From assembly GCF_024521635.1 (NCBI RefSeq), contig NW_026250405.1:1860001-1887961 (forward strand): a stretch of 27,961 nt of DNA, in the 5' to 3' direction. Below are positions 1-10,939 of the stretch, in pieces. The translations under genes and the position numbers were made by a program. Under the pieces are notes generated by a model. It did no database searches, was not told the DNA's origin, and saw only the letters and a list, made by a program, of their open reading frames with translations. The DNA comes from Tricharina praecox. Lineage: Eukaryota. Position 1 is the stretch's first letter, and the number at the start of each line of letters is the position of its first letter.

Positions 1-801
1 GCGCGACGAAGCCCAAGTCGGACATGAAGTACCACACCGAGGCGGCGCAGGTGAAGAGGATCGGGGTGACGATGAAGGAAAAGTTATTCCCGAGCTTCGG
101 AATCAGCGCCAGAGCGGTGCAGAAGGCGCCAGAGGTTCCGGCGATCTCGTAGAAGATGTGAACCATGGCATCGAGTCTCCGTAGCTTCTGAACATTCCCG
201 CCCACGATATCTCTGGGGACCACTCGCCGGATAAGCTCAACCATACCGTACGCAATTCCAGACACGCAGTAGATCGGGATGATGGCATCGGTGTTGTAAT
301 CACCGTAGTAAGCGAAATCGGTCTTCTTGTGCGCCTTGGTCCAATTGGCGGGAATGATGGTGCCGCCGGTAGCGCCGTCGAGGATGAGGAGGATGGCGGT
401 ACACAATCCGAAGACGAGGATGGCACAGACGAGGACGTTCTTGGTGCGGTATCGCTTGATGAGTGGCGCGATGAGAATGGATCCGACGCACTGGAAGGCT
501 TGATTCAAGCCGGTGACCATTCCAACCCGCTCGAAAGTATTTGCCCGGCTGCCGGAAAGTTGCGCATCGTAATCGTAGCGGTTGGTGCAGAGCGCTGAAG
601 GACACACCTGGAGTTCAGAATTCCGGAGGAAGTACATTGTATGTAGCATCGGGCAGGAGCTCACGTACCGATGATCGAACCGTTAAACGCCTCAAGGCCG
701 AACTTGTAGAGCATGATCCCGCCAATGTAGATGGCGATGTTGCGCTTCTCGCTCGCCGTGAACGCTTTCCAGCTGTCGGTGAAGAGCGATAGCGCTCCCA
801 T
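1..801 (-). CDS. 5' part of a spliced multi-pass membrane protein gene, fungal MFS-like transporter (exon 1 801-669, exon 2 594-<1; runs off the window)
   Basis: Manual translation: MGALSLFTDSWKAFTASEKRNIAIYIGGIMLYKFGLEAFNGSII/ALCTNRYDYD...GLNQAFQCVGSILIAPLIKRYRTKNVLVCAILVFGLCTAILLILDG...GMVELIRRVVPRDIVGGNVQKLRRLDAMVHIFYEIAGTSGAF... It has several hydrophobic helices, no stops, and joins in frame across a GT..AG intron. The family call is from recall of similar fungal proteins, not a search. Confidence 0.85.
595..668 (-). other. 74-nt spliceosomal intron (phase 1) of the membrane-protein gene
   Basis: Minus strand G|GTACGT donor and TCCTTCAG|CG acceptor. Removal restores the frame (ATC G|CG CTC TGC). 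The size is typical of fungal introns. Confidence 0.85.
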
Positions 802-3325
802 TGTGGAGTATCGTCGAAGTCGAAACAGAGATGTCTTGGTGCTATCTGGGTCCCAATTTGATGCGGACGATTTCCCTTATAGCTTCTCTGCGAATCGTCG
901 ACAGGCATCGTAGGGGAGACCTATTGCGAAGTAAGCACCCCAAGATGCATGTTCCAGCGACCAATCAGAGGCCTGCGTTGGAGCACGTACCACAACCCAA
1001 AATAAATATCACCGTCGAAAACCGCTGCAATTGTTAGTTCCGCAGAATAGACGAAACCAGGGATAGAGACGGCGGGCCGCCCGAATATTGCATAACATTT
1101 CGAGTGTCCCTCCACATTCAAATGGCGCACCTATGGAGCCCGCTGCGTGCTACACGTGGGACTTAGATTTGAATCAACGAAGACGTTGATTTTCATCGCT
1201 TGACTTCTCGGTCGCCTTGTTCAGCTGGTGGCTGATCCGAGGAACACGGTTCCGCCAGACGACGCGAAACGTGCTCCAGCCATTTCGCCTCCTCCACAAC
1301 CACAGTCGTCGGAGGGTGATCCGTCCATGTGCTTCGGAGGGTGGTCCGCTACCTAGCCTTCCGCTTGATTCCATGCCTTGAGAATCAAGCGCTTGGAGAG
1401 ATCAACGTTTCGTGGGGTTTGTAGTGTGCCATTCGCGTTGGCGGCACTTCTGCGTCCCCGTGGGGCGGTTCCATCTACGTAGCCTTGAGGCACGCACGCC
1501 ACCGCCTCATATCAGTCATCGGTGTGCAGTGCAACCGTGCGTAGCCCTGCGCTGATGCGCGCGCGCCGGAACGTGTGGCCGTTAACCCCCCGATATCACC
1601 CGCGCGACATCGTTGATCACTCGTACACGAGGCTGGCAGCATATTGGGTGCTTGCTGCATGGGTGTTCTCAGCCGGAGGCCAGGGAGGAATCCATTCTTT
1701 GCGGAAGCAGAGGAAACTATTCTTGCTGAGCTGCGGTTGCCGACGAAATGGCGGCCAGGTGTGCGGCGCGCTGGGTTGAGCACAAAAGATTGGAACCGGG
1801 TGTAAGAGAGGCGATGCCGCTCTTTCTGCAACTCTGCCAGGCATAGTACGTGACCCAACCCCCTCCCATGGAAGTCGCGACCGAGCGGTAGTAACTATGG
1901 CCATGGCAGAGGATAGAACGAAGCGTGGACGAAGACGGAAATTATGGAGAAAGAACCAGACGAGGATGCAGTGCTGCGAGGAGGAAACCGTCGTATACAC
2001 AGCCATGATCTATCAAGGTCGGATGCTATGATGGTTAAACAAAGAAAAAGTTCGGACAGCTTCATAATAGCCGCCTTAGGAGGAAGATTCCTACGTGCAA
2101 ACGGCTCTACTAAGTTCGCCAGCGGCCATGCTTTTGTCAGCCCCGCCCTTCGTCCAACTTGTTTTCTTTCATGATCGTTCCCTTTATGTCCGCTGCACAC
2201 CGCCATTTCCCCCACGAGCCTCGGGGAGTCTCCAGTCAAGAAAATAAAACTACCCACTGAGGGTGGCCGAATTCGTGAAAGCGGTTGCACTATGAGTCTC
2301 GATTTTCGCGCATTCGCCATGTGCTCATCCCCCTTGTGAGGCTCCTCGTTTCCTCGGTCTCGTAGTCCTACTTCGCGTGTTCTAACTCTTGATCATGAGG
2401 CCTCATGTCGTTTTTACATTAGTTCCTTCATTCTCATGTCGGTACTCCACCCACTGGCTGCTCCGTGTAGTCACACGGCGTACGTCCGGCGTAATCTGAA
2501 GGTGAATATGTGTATCCTAGGTGCTTGCGTCGCTACAGTCGCTACAGTCGGTGCTGTGCACTGCAGGAATATCTGGTACTAAATTCCTACTAGCCACCAC
2601 GAATCGATGGCAACCCTGAGTGTCGAGACTATGACGCGGATAGGCATCATGCCAAAGTGCAGCAGCCGTACGGTTGTGAACATGACTGGCTGCGAGGGAT
2701 TATACCGGTAGTCGCCAACTCATACGGCAGTGCTTTGCTGTTCGACCCTGGTACACTCTGCAATATCATCAGTAGCAGTAGAAAGTACGGTGGAAAGCGC
2801 AGCAAAGTCATTGGGATTACTTTCTGTGCTGCCACCTGAGAAGTCATGTGCTTTGCGGCAAAAGGGTAGTTGTAGGCCCAGTGATAGTCAGTTATGTACT
2901 CAACCATTGATAAATACTTAGGGTTGTTGAGAAAAGTGGCCATTCCCGAGTTTCCGAACCTGTTATTCCAGACGTTCGGCGACCAGATGGAACATCTTAC
3001 TGCCAAAGCAACTCACGCACCACCACAGGCTACCGAGCACGTTCACCATCATGCGGACAGTAAGCACACAACACGGATAGAAATACGAATGATGCCTCCA
3101 GTGCGAGAACAAGTAAGTATCAATGAAACCAGCCAGGACTGACAGGATTTCGGGGGCCATTCTACCGAGATCACATAGTTATCATTGTTTCGGGGCTGCC
3201 TGCGACGACGCACCCGCTGTCCCCTCTGGCGGAGGCGCCGAGCGCTCTATCGATGAATTTAAAACTCCAAGAATCCTCACGACGCGGCTCAAGCTGTCGA
3301 TTAGGTTTTTGTTTTTTTTGTGTGT

Positions 3326-3362
3326 GGGGGGGGGGGGGGGGGGGGGGGGAGGGGGGGGGGGG
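3326..3362 (+). repeat. Poly-G tract (G24-A-G12) preceded by a T-rich/TG run
   Basis: Read directly; homopolymer length may be inaccurate. Confidence 0.9.
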
Positions 3363-4886
3363 TCATCTCCTGATCAACAGATGGCAGAGACATCGATCGT
3401 GATGTAGCGAGTTGGTACAATCCGTCAATACGGGGGCCGCATTTGAGCGGGACCGTGGGAGAACCCCCTCGGGTTGGAGCGGGAAGATAAATCGGTTCAG
3501 GCTGAGTATGAGGCTGTAGGCTCTGATTTCTCGCTGTAGTAGTGACTCTGCCTGTAAACAGTGCTCGCGACGTTGAAGATTCGTTGTTTCTCCATGAATG
3601 GAATAAAGTAGTCTCCTTCCTACGTTCGCCTCCTTTCTGTACACGCTAATACTGTTTGCCGGTTCTCGTCTCCACAGCCTGCTGAATAACGGATCGGACG
3701 AATCGTGGTCGAGAGTGTGACAGTTGACCAGGCGTTCGAAAGATCGGTCCATTGGTGCATGTCTCGGTGGAGATGAATAGCAACGGATTCCATAGCAAGA
3801 GAACTTGCTCCGCCACTGATCACTCCCACTTCGCCAAACATGCCCAACCCTTTTCCCAATCTTGAGTACCAAGCCCTCCACTCCACTTGAGGCTTGACCT
3901 TCAGCCTTCTGAACACGTTGCCTGATGCTGATATTCTCTCCCCCTTCAGCGCCTCGGAGCGTATTAGCAATCGCCCTATCTCCTCCCTCTATTCTACAAA
4001 CCCCACGGATTGCACTCACCACCTTCCTCCGTGCAAACGCGGCAGTAGCAAAAACTCTTTGGAAGGGGGATACTGGCGGTCTAGGGGTGGCGGGATTCGG
4101 AATCTTTCGTGTGAGGGGATCAGATCATCTCAACCAATGGGCCATCAGAATCTTGAGATTTCTGCGAGCGACGCACGCAGGTCAGTTCTGTACGACTGAT
4201 TCAACAGAATCGTCACACAGATTGGGTTCAAATGCCAGGCCAAGTTGGCCGAATCGAGATACCACCAATCTTCCGTTACCTGGTTCTTCGTGAGTGAATG
4301 CAGTCCACTTCCCAAACCCTCACGGAAAAGATACTCTACACCATCCATTCATCCCTCCGTGCCCCTATCCCGTCTCCTCACCTTAGTACCTTCTGTGTTC
4401 CCACCAACCTAACCCGGCTACCCATCAGAAAGTCCAGCGGTAGGCGCCCTCGCAGTAGTGCGGCTGGTCTGACGAAGTATCCCAGTCAGCCGTAGGCGAT
4501 CTGGTGGATCTACAGCCCAGCAGGACTAAGATTCGCTATATCGCAGTCAGTATTTGCATGTTTCTCTCGACCAGACACTCGCTGACATCCCCAATGTGTT
4601 CATTGCACTCGTGATCTTGTTCTCCGGGATTGGTGTATATGTCAACCCAAAACGTGTGATAGATGGTGACCGTAAAGAAGAGTGACTGTTCAAGATGGTT
4701 GTACTACTTGATATCTCCTGATGTAGAATATGTTGTGTGATATGTGATGAGATATATGATTTACATTAAATTCGGCTCAGTTAGATGCCATACGTGCTAC
4801 AATAGCCGAAAGTGGGGTGCAATTGCGACTGAAAAAATACCAAAGGCAGGTTTTTATTTGGTTGATATTAAGTAACAATCTGTGTG

Positions 4887-5039
4887 TGTAACGGCACGGT
4901 TGGGCAAGGCTCCAGGTAGCGAAGCCGGGCAGGGAACCGGGTACTGGGTTCAGCAAAGGCAAGACAGGTTCAGAGGACACGGCAAAGCAGTGCTCAGTGC
5001 AGACGGCAATTGAGAACGGACGCAGGGACAAGGTGTAAC
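4887..5039 (-). mobile_element. 3' (U5) end of a diverged family-C LTR, truncated by the next LTR
   Basis: Reverse complement matches the ends of the LTRs at 5040-5598 and 14341-14849 (...CTACCTGGAGCCTTGCCC.ACCGTGCCGTTACA). No PBS follows it. Confidence 0.85.
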
Positions 5040-5598
5040 TGTCACGGCTCGCGACGGAATGACGAAGGGAGGGTTGGCACAAGGATCGGGAGAGTTGGGG
5101 GGCAGTGCAGAGGCAGTGCACCGGCAGTGCAAGGATGAGTCGCAGAGGATTGGGGGCTGTATGCAGGGAGCAGGGATCGCACAGTAATTAGTCGCAGGAG
5201 ATTGGGGCTGTGTGCAGGAAGCAGGGGTAGTGCGGCTGCGCAGGGTATGAGTCACGGAAGTGGGGTACTGGCAAGGTGGATTTCTCAGGGTCTGGCACAC
5301 GCCCACGGTCATTGTCAGGTTGCGGGAAGAAGTGGAGGATTTCCTATATAAATGGGTCGTTGCCCCTCTGTATTTAGTTCTTCACGCAACAACTTGTTAA
5401 TTCAACCACTGTTACCTCTGTCCTTGCCTCGGCTGCCGTCTGCGCCGTAGTCCTTGTCCCTGCCTCTGTTCTCAGTTGCCGTCTGCACTGAGCCCTGCCT
5501 TACCTTGTCCTCCGAACCCCTCTTGCCTCTATCGAACGCAGAACCCGATCCCCAGCCCGTCTTCACTACCTGGAGCCTTGCCCGACCGTGCCGTTACA
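5040..5598 (+). mobile_element. Solo family-C LTR (C2, 559 bp) with non-matching flanks
   Basis: TGTCACGG...CCGTTACA ends; homologous to 14341-14849; TATATAAA near 5345. There is no PPT before it and no PBS after it. Flanks are GTAAC (left) and GAAAG (right). Confidence 0.92.
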
Positions 5599-6334
5599 GA
5601 AAGGCCAAGGAAGCAACAGGGGTCAGGAAGGGAAGGACAAGGGAAGGGGACATCTACGCAGGAGCAAAGGAGGCTCTGGTAGGGGTTCCCCAGAAGGAGA
5701 TCGATGCCCACAAAGCATCCAAGTGCGACTGTTGGCGTTGCGGACGAGACGGCCACCGAACCTTCCAATGCTACGCCAGAAAAACAGTCGCGGGTACCGA
5801 ACTCCCTGAGAGTCCAAAGGTGTCATCCGTGACAAAGAGAAAGCGGGACACCCAGGATGCCGAACCCACTCGACCAAGGTCCAAGCAACACAAGGCTGAG
5901 GCGGTTGTGGTGGAGGATGAAGCAATGTGTAATAAAGTACACTGGGAAAGTACTATACCACTCGACCAAAAGGTATTTTGATGGCTGAAGGCCATCATCC
6001 CAGTAGCTACTTAAGGCCAGGATTTCTAAACTGTGACACAATGACGGAGGCGCCTCCATTCTGGGAGAGGAATGAGAGCGAGCCGGAGGATTTTTGAGCG
6101 GCCCCAGCACTCCACAGGCTGGGCGGCCAGCTGTATATGTTTGTGGAACGAAGAGACCACTGCCTCAGGATATCCACAGCGAATCCAGAGATAAGCGAAG
6201 ACGGACGGACCAACCTATTTCTACGAGTCCAACCGCGCCGAGCGCCTCAGGGTGTGAGCCCCCAAAACCTGTCAGCGGACCACGACCAATCATAGAAATG
6301 ATGCTCCTCTGGTCTGAGCACAAGCGAGGACGGA
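5599..6334 (+). pseudogene. Family-A copy A3, left fragment (gag 3' end with zinc knuckle, frameshift region, pol start)
   Basis: Highly similar to ~21613-22233 of A2 (CWRCGRDGHRTFQC, GGATTTTTGA). Interrupted by the 111-bp insert and by A1. Confidence 0.93.
5928..6038. mobile_element. 111-bp mini solo LTR-like insertion with 5-bp TSD CAATG
   Basis: Absent from the homologous gag of A1/A2 (GAAGCAATGACGGAGG). Starts TGTAA, ends TGACA; CAATG at 5923-5927 and 6039-6043. Confidence 0.88.
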
Positions 6335-7025
6335 TGTGAGACTGGGACGGGTTTGTGTCGTCGGAGTCTATAGTAAAGTCGAGGATAGAATAAAAGTCAG
6401 GGATTTCGATAATTCACAACGGAATAATCTTAAGGGTGTTTCTTCGATGGTTTGTTCAGTGCGATGATTGTAGTTTGGTTCGGTTTGCCTGCTCGGTTCG
6501 ACTTATAGCCGTTCCGATCCTCAGCACGTGATTCCTCTAGAGTGCGGCCTAACGTAGCTCCGTTGCTTCCTTTGCATCGGAGTTCCGCGGCCTAGCCTCG
6601 AGTCGTCGTCAGCTCTCTTCGGATAGTCTTCTCGACTAGGCAGGTGGTAAACACCACGCGCCCAAGATAGATCGGAGTTTCCGAGCAATTATCTCCCTCA
6701 TGCGCCGGCAGAGTTCTTCGCTCGAAGTTGTCTGCCCCCATCGGTCGATGTTCGATTCTCTCGTCATAACAGTTTTTTCCTGGATCGGAGTTCCTACTGC
6801 GGGGCCCTATGAACGGAGATCTCAAAGTCCTCTGGACTGTTATCCCGATCTCCCGCATCTCCGATCACTGTCTAGACTCTGGAATCCGTTTGCTCCCTCC
6901 TTCCTATCTTGTCCTCGATCGCTTCTAACTATCCTTTCGGCTCGCAACTCTATTCTAATCACCCGAACTATCTAATCACATCTCTTGCGACCGTTGTGTC
7001 CTCCGATAGCTATCGGGGTGTCACA
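6335..7025 (-). repeat. 3' LTR of A1
   Basis: TGTGACA...TCTCACA on the minus strand, preceded by PPT GGGAGGGGAGATGG; nearly identical to 12978-13668. Confidence 0.96.
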
Positions 7026-7165
7026 CCATCTCCCCTCCCACGAGGCTTCGGCCCGAAGCACCCAAGTCCTGGCCTTTATCCTAACTTTGATAACTGGATG
7101 AAGTCCTCCATCCCCTTCATCCTACTACCTGCCCGAGTTCGAGAAAACCACATGGGAAAAAACTC

Positions 7166-10100
7166 TTACTCATCTGTGAGCCGGTAGTCCCTCGGCGCAT
7201 CGGGATTTTTGCGATGAAACTCGCGTAGCTTTTCCCGACCGCCTACTGAGAAGTTGTCGAATGGCTCGTTCGTCCAGCCCCGTCGTTCGGGGTAGTTGAG
7301 CCATTTGACGAGGTAGAGCACTCGTCGACCTTTCTTCGAGCTGCCCATAACCTCATCGACGTCGTATTCTTCGTTGCCTTCCACATCATCGGCCTCTCGT
7401 AAGATTTGAGAGGGATCCGGTGGTGCTCGGGTGCCGGCTCGGAACGGTTCAACGAGCGAGACGTGAATGACATTATGAATCTTCCACTTCCTTGGCAGAG
7501 TGAGCTTGACAGCGAGCGGCGATACGATCTTCTCAATTTGGAAGGGACCATGGTTCTTGTGGTCCAACTTCCGCGAGGGTCGGCGGGTTTGAATGTTCCG
7601 CCCATTGAGCATTACCAAGTCTCCTACTTGATAAGCCGGTGCCTCCTGACGATGTTGATCTGCATACTTGCGCATTCGTTCGCGCGTTCGTTCGAGGGTC
7701 TTGATGTTTTCCTCGTGGACTGTATGCATCCAGTGAGCGTAGACCTTGCTGGCGGGGTTGAGAGAATTTGCCGCAGCAGGGTTTGTCGCCGAAGGGTGGT
7801 ATCCGAAATTCGCATAGAAGGGCGACATTCCGGTTGCCGATGTAACCGAGTTGTTGTAGGCAAACTCAGCCATCGGTAGGAGATTCACCCAATCGTTCTG
7901 CTCGTAGTTGACGAAGGAGCGGAGGTATGCTTCGATCGTCTGGTTGAGGCGTTCCGTTTGTCCATCCGTCTGTGGGTGGAACGCTGTTGACATCCGGGGC
8001 TTAATGCCTAGCAGCCGGATGAATTCTTTCCATGTACCCGAGGTAAACCGTCAGTCTCGATCCGATACTATGTCTGTTGGTAATCCGTGGAAGCGCCATA
8101 TCTCGCGGGCAAAAATCTTCGCGAGATCCTCGGCCATCTTGGTGAAGCGGTCGACGACCACCCATAGCTGGCCGCATCCGTTGGATTCCGGTAGATCGGT
8201 AATGAAGTCCATGGCTATTGATTGCCAAGGGGTGTATGGTAACTCGAGAGGATTGAGTAGTCCATAGGGCTGGTGCCTTGTTACTTTGTCCTTCTGACAC
8301 TGCGCGCAACTCCGGACGAAGTCTATAATCTGCTCGTCCATCTTTGGCCACCAGAAATTGCGTCGGATAAGTTCGATAGTCTTGTCCTGGCCCATATGCC
8401 CCGCGACTTTCGTATCGTGTTCCGACTCGAGGATGTGTCTGACGAGTTCCTTGTCGTCTGGTACCCATAGCCTTTCTTTCCTATACAGGCACCCCTCTTC
8501 CATCCTCAAAATCCTGGCCTTTCGACCCATCCTGCCGGAGTCCCTACTCTCGGCGGCCAGTTCCCAGGCCTTTCGGCCCTCCGACTCAGTGTCCTTCTGA
8601 GCCGCGTCCTCGTTCGTATCCTTGATGTTACTCAGAGCCTCCTGATATCCAGCATCTTTCTTTCCCGCCTTCCTCACCCAACCCAGAAATTCTTCATTCC
8701 ACTTTGGCACGGGGATTGATTGTAGCCGAGTTGACGAAACCAGGAACACGGTGCTTTCGCCTCCGGTGCTGATTGATGAAACTCTCGAATCGTCGCCTGC
8801 AAAGTGTGATTTATGCAGGATCGTTGTAATCGGCTGATCTTCACCCCCCCCTTTTTCAGGGCGGTACTCCGGGCGCCTGGATAATGCGTCAGGCTTGCCG
8901 TTCTGGCTGCCGGGCCGGTAGTAGATTTTGAAGTCGATGCCAGCGAGTTCTTGTGCCCATCTCGCCTGCCGTCGATTGAGTACTTTCGTGGTTGTGAAGT
9001 ACTCAAGGTTCTGGTGGTCGCTGTACACCTGGATCTGGTGTTTTGCTCCCTCAAGGTATTGCCGCCAGCGTTTGAAAGAGTCTACTATCGCGAGTAGTTC
9101 CTTATCGTGAATCTCAAAGTTGATTTCGGCTGGGGTAAACTTTCTTGAGTGGAACGTAACTGGGTGTAACTTCCCATCCTCTGTCCTTTGAGACAGGACC
9201 GCGCCCAACGCGAAGTCCGAAGCGTCGGATTCCACCACGACAGGTAATTCTGGGTTGAAGTGCCCGAGAATCGGTGCCGTGGTGAACCTAGACTTCAGCT
9301 CCTCGAAGGCCAGTTCCATCTCCGCTGTCCATCTCCAATCCTTCCCTTTTTCTTTTGTGCTCTCGGTCAAGGGTCTCGTGATCTTTGAGAAATCCTTGAT
9401 GAAGCACCTGTAAAAATTGGCGAACCCAAGAAAGGCTTGTACTTCCTTCAGGGACCGCGGCGCCTCCCACGAGAGCACAGATTCCACCTTGTCCTTAGCC
9501 ATCTCAATTCCATCTTGGGATATCACGTATCCTAGGAACTCGACTCTCCTTGTCGACCAGACACACTTCTCTGGTGAGATTGCCAACTTATTTTCTTCCA
9601 ACCTCTTTAGTACCTCGATGACTATCTTGTCATGCTCCTCGTGCGTCTTAGCATAGATGAGGAGGTCATCGATGTATGCGACCAGTCCCAGGTCCAACAT
9701 ATCCCGAAATATGTGGTTAATCATGTCCTGAAACGTCGCTGGAGCGTTGGTCAGCCCAAACGGCATGACCAAAAACTCAAACAGTCCGTATCGACAGCGG
9801 AAAGCCGTCTTCCACTCGCCACCTTCCTTGATGCGGATAAGGTGATAGCCATTCTTCAGATCAATCTTGGTGAAGACTTTCGCACCCCTGACTCGGTCTT
9901 GCAACTCTGCCATGATCGGGAGTGGGTAGCGATTGGCTACGGTAAGCTTGTTGATACCGCGATAGTCGACACACAATCGGAGACCCCTGCCGTGCGCCTT
10001 TGGTACAAATAATATCGGCGCCCCGGCTGGTGATTTGGATCTTCGAATCTTGCCTGTCTGGAGCATCTCCTTGAGCCATTCCCTGAGGGCCTCAAGTTCT

Positions 10101-10939
10101 TTCTCTGACAGCGCATAGATAGGACCCCATGGAGGAGTCTCTCCTTCCTTGAGATCGATTGCGTGGTCGTAGGACTTGTGGCCGGGAAGCTTATCGGCTG
10201 CTTCCTTGCTCATGATGTTGGCATATCGTCTGAACTTCTCCGGAAGCAGATTCATGGGTGGATCTGATTCCGGGCCAGCTGAGACGTATCCTATAATGCG
10301 AGCCTCCGAATTGTGAATGACAGACGTGTCAAGTTCCATCGGAAAGCTGGTTGCTTGTTGCAAGGTGCATTGTTCCTTGCATCGGGTGCTGGTGAAGCGA
10401 ATTTTCTGTGCTTCATTCTCCCACAACCCTGTCGGTTCATGCTTAGCCATCCACCAATACGGGAGGTAGGCATCGCAGTCGTCCAAGGGAGCCACTTCGA
10501 AGGTTTCGTTGGTGTAGTGCCTCCGGTGTTGAAGGAGCATCGGCATTGTATAATATTCCCCGGCTCCTTCCACTATGGTTCCGTGGAAGTCCTTGATTTC
10601 CACCGGCTTGAGTCTTTGAATGAGGGGCAACCCAAGTTCTCGTGCAAGGCTTCGTTTGATGATCGGAATGGCACATCCTGTGTCAAGGAGTACTCGGATC
10701 CGTCGTCGCTTGTGCTCAGACCAGAGGAGCATCATTTCTATGATTGGTCGTGGTCCGCTGACAGGTTTTGGGGGCTCACACCCTGAGGCGCTCGGCGCGG
10801 TTGGACTCGTAGAAATAGGTTGGTCCGTTCGTCTTCGCTTATCTCTGGATTCGCTGTCGATATCCTGAGGCCGTGGTCTCTTCGTTCCGCAAACATATAC
10901 ACTTGGCCGTCCAGTCTGCGGAGTGCTGGGGCCGCTCAA
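7166..10939 (-). pseudogene. pol: A1 pol (protease, RT, RNase H, integrase, chromodomain), disrupted
   Basis: LLDTG, YIDD, ESDASD and HHCC motifs are present. TCA>TGA stop at 8051-8053 and a 36-nt in-frame deletion near 8135 relative to A2. Confidence 0.95.

Noticed and set aside
103..913. Short ORF-track entries in the first 900 bp
   Set aside because: Alternative-frame or antisense shadows of the spliced minus-strand gene.
2261..2320. tRNA A-box-like GTGGCCGAATT
   Set aside because: No B-box/T-loop and no cloverleaf.
2529..2550. 9-bp tandem GTCGCTACA, about 2.4 copies
   Set aside because: Trivial slippage duplication with no associated structure.
4408..4415. Telomere-like CCTAACCC
   Set aside because: Single unit, expected by chance.
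1174..4495. ORFs of 60-219 aa in the single-copy region (e.g. 3363-4022, 2647-3006)
   Set aside because: No recognisable motifs or consistent splice pattern; a degraded gene cannot be excluded without BLASTX.
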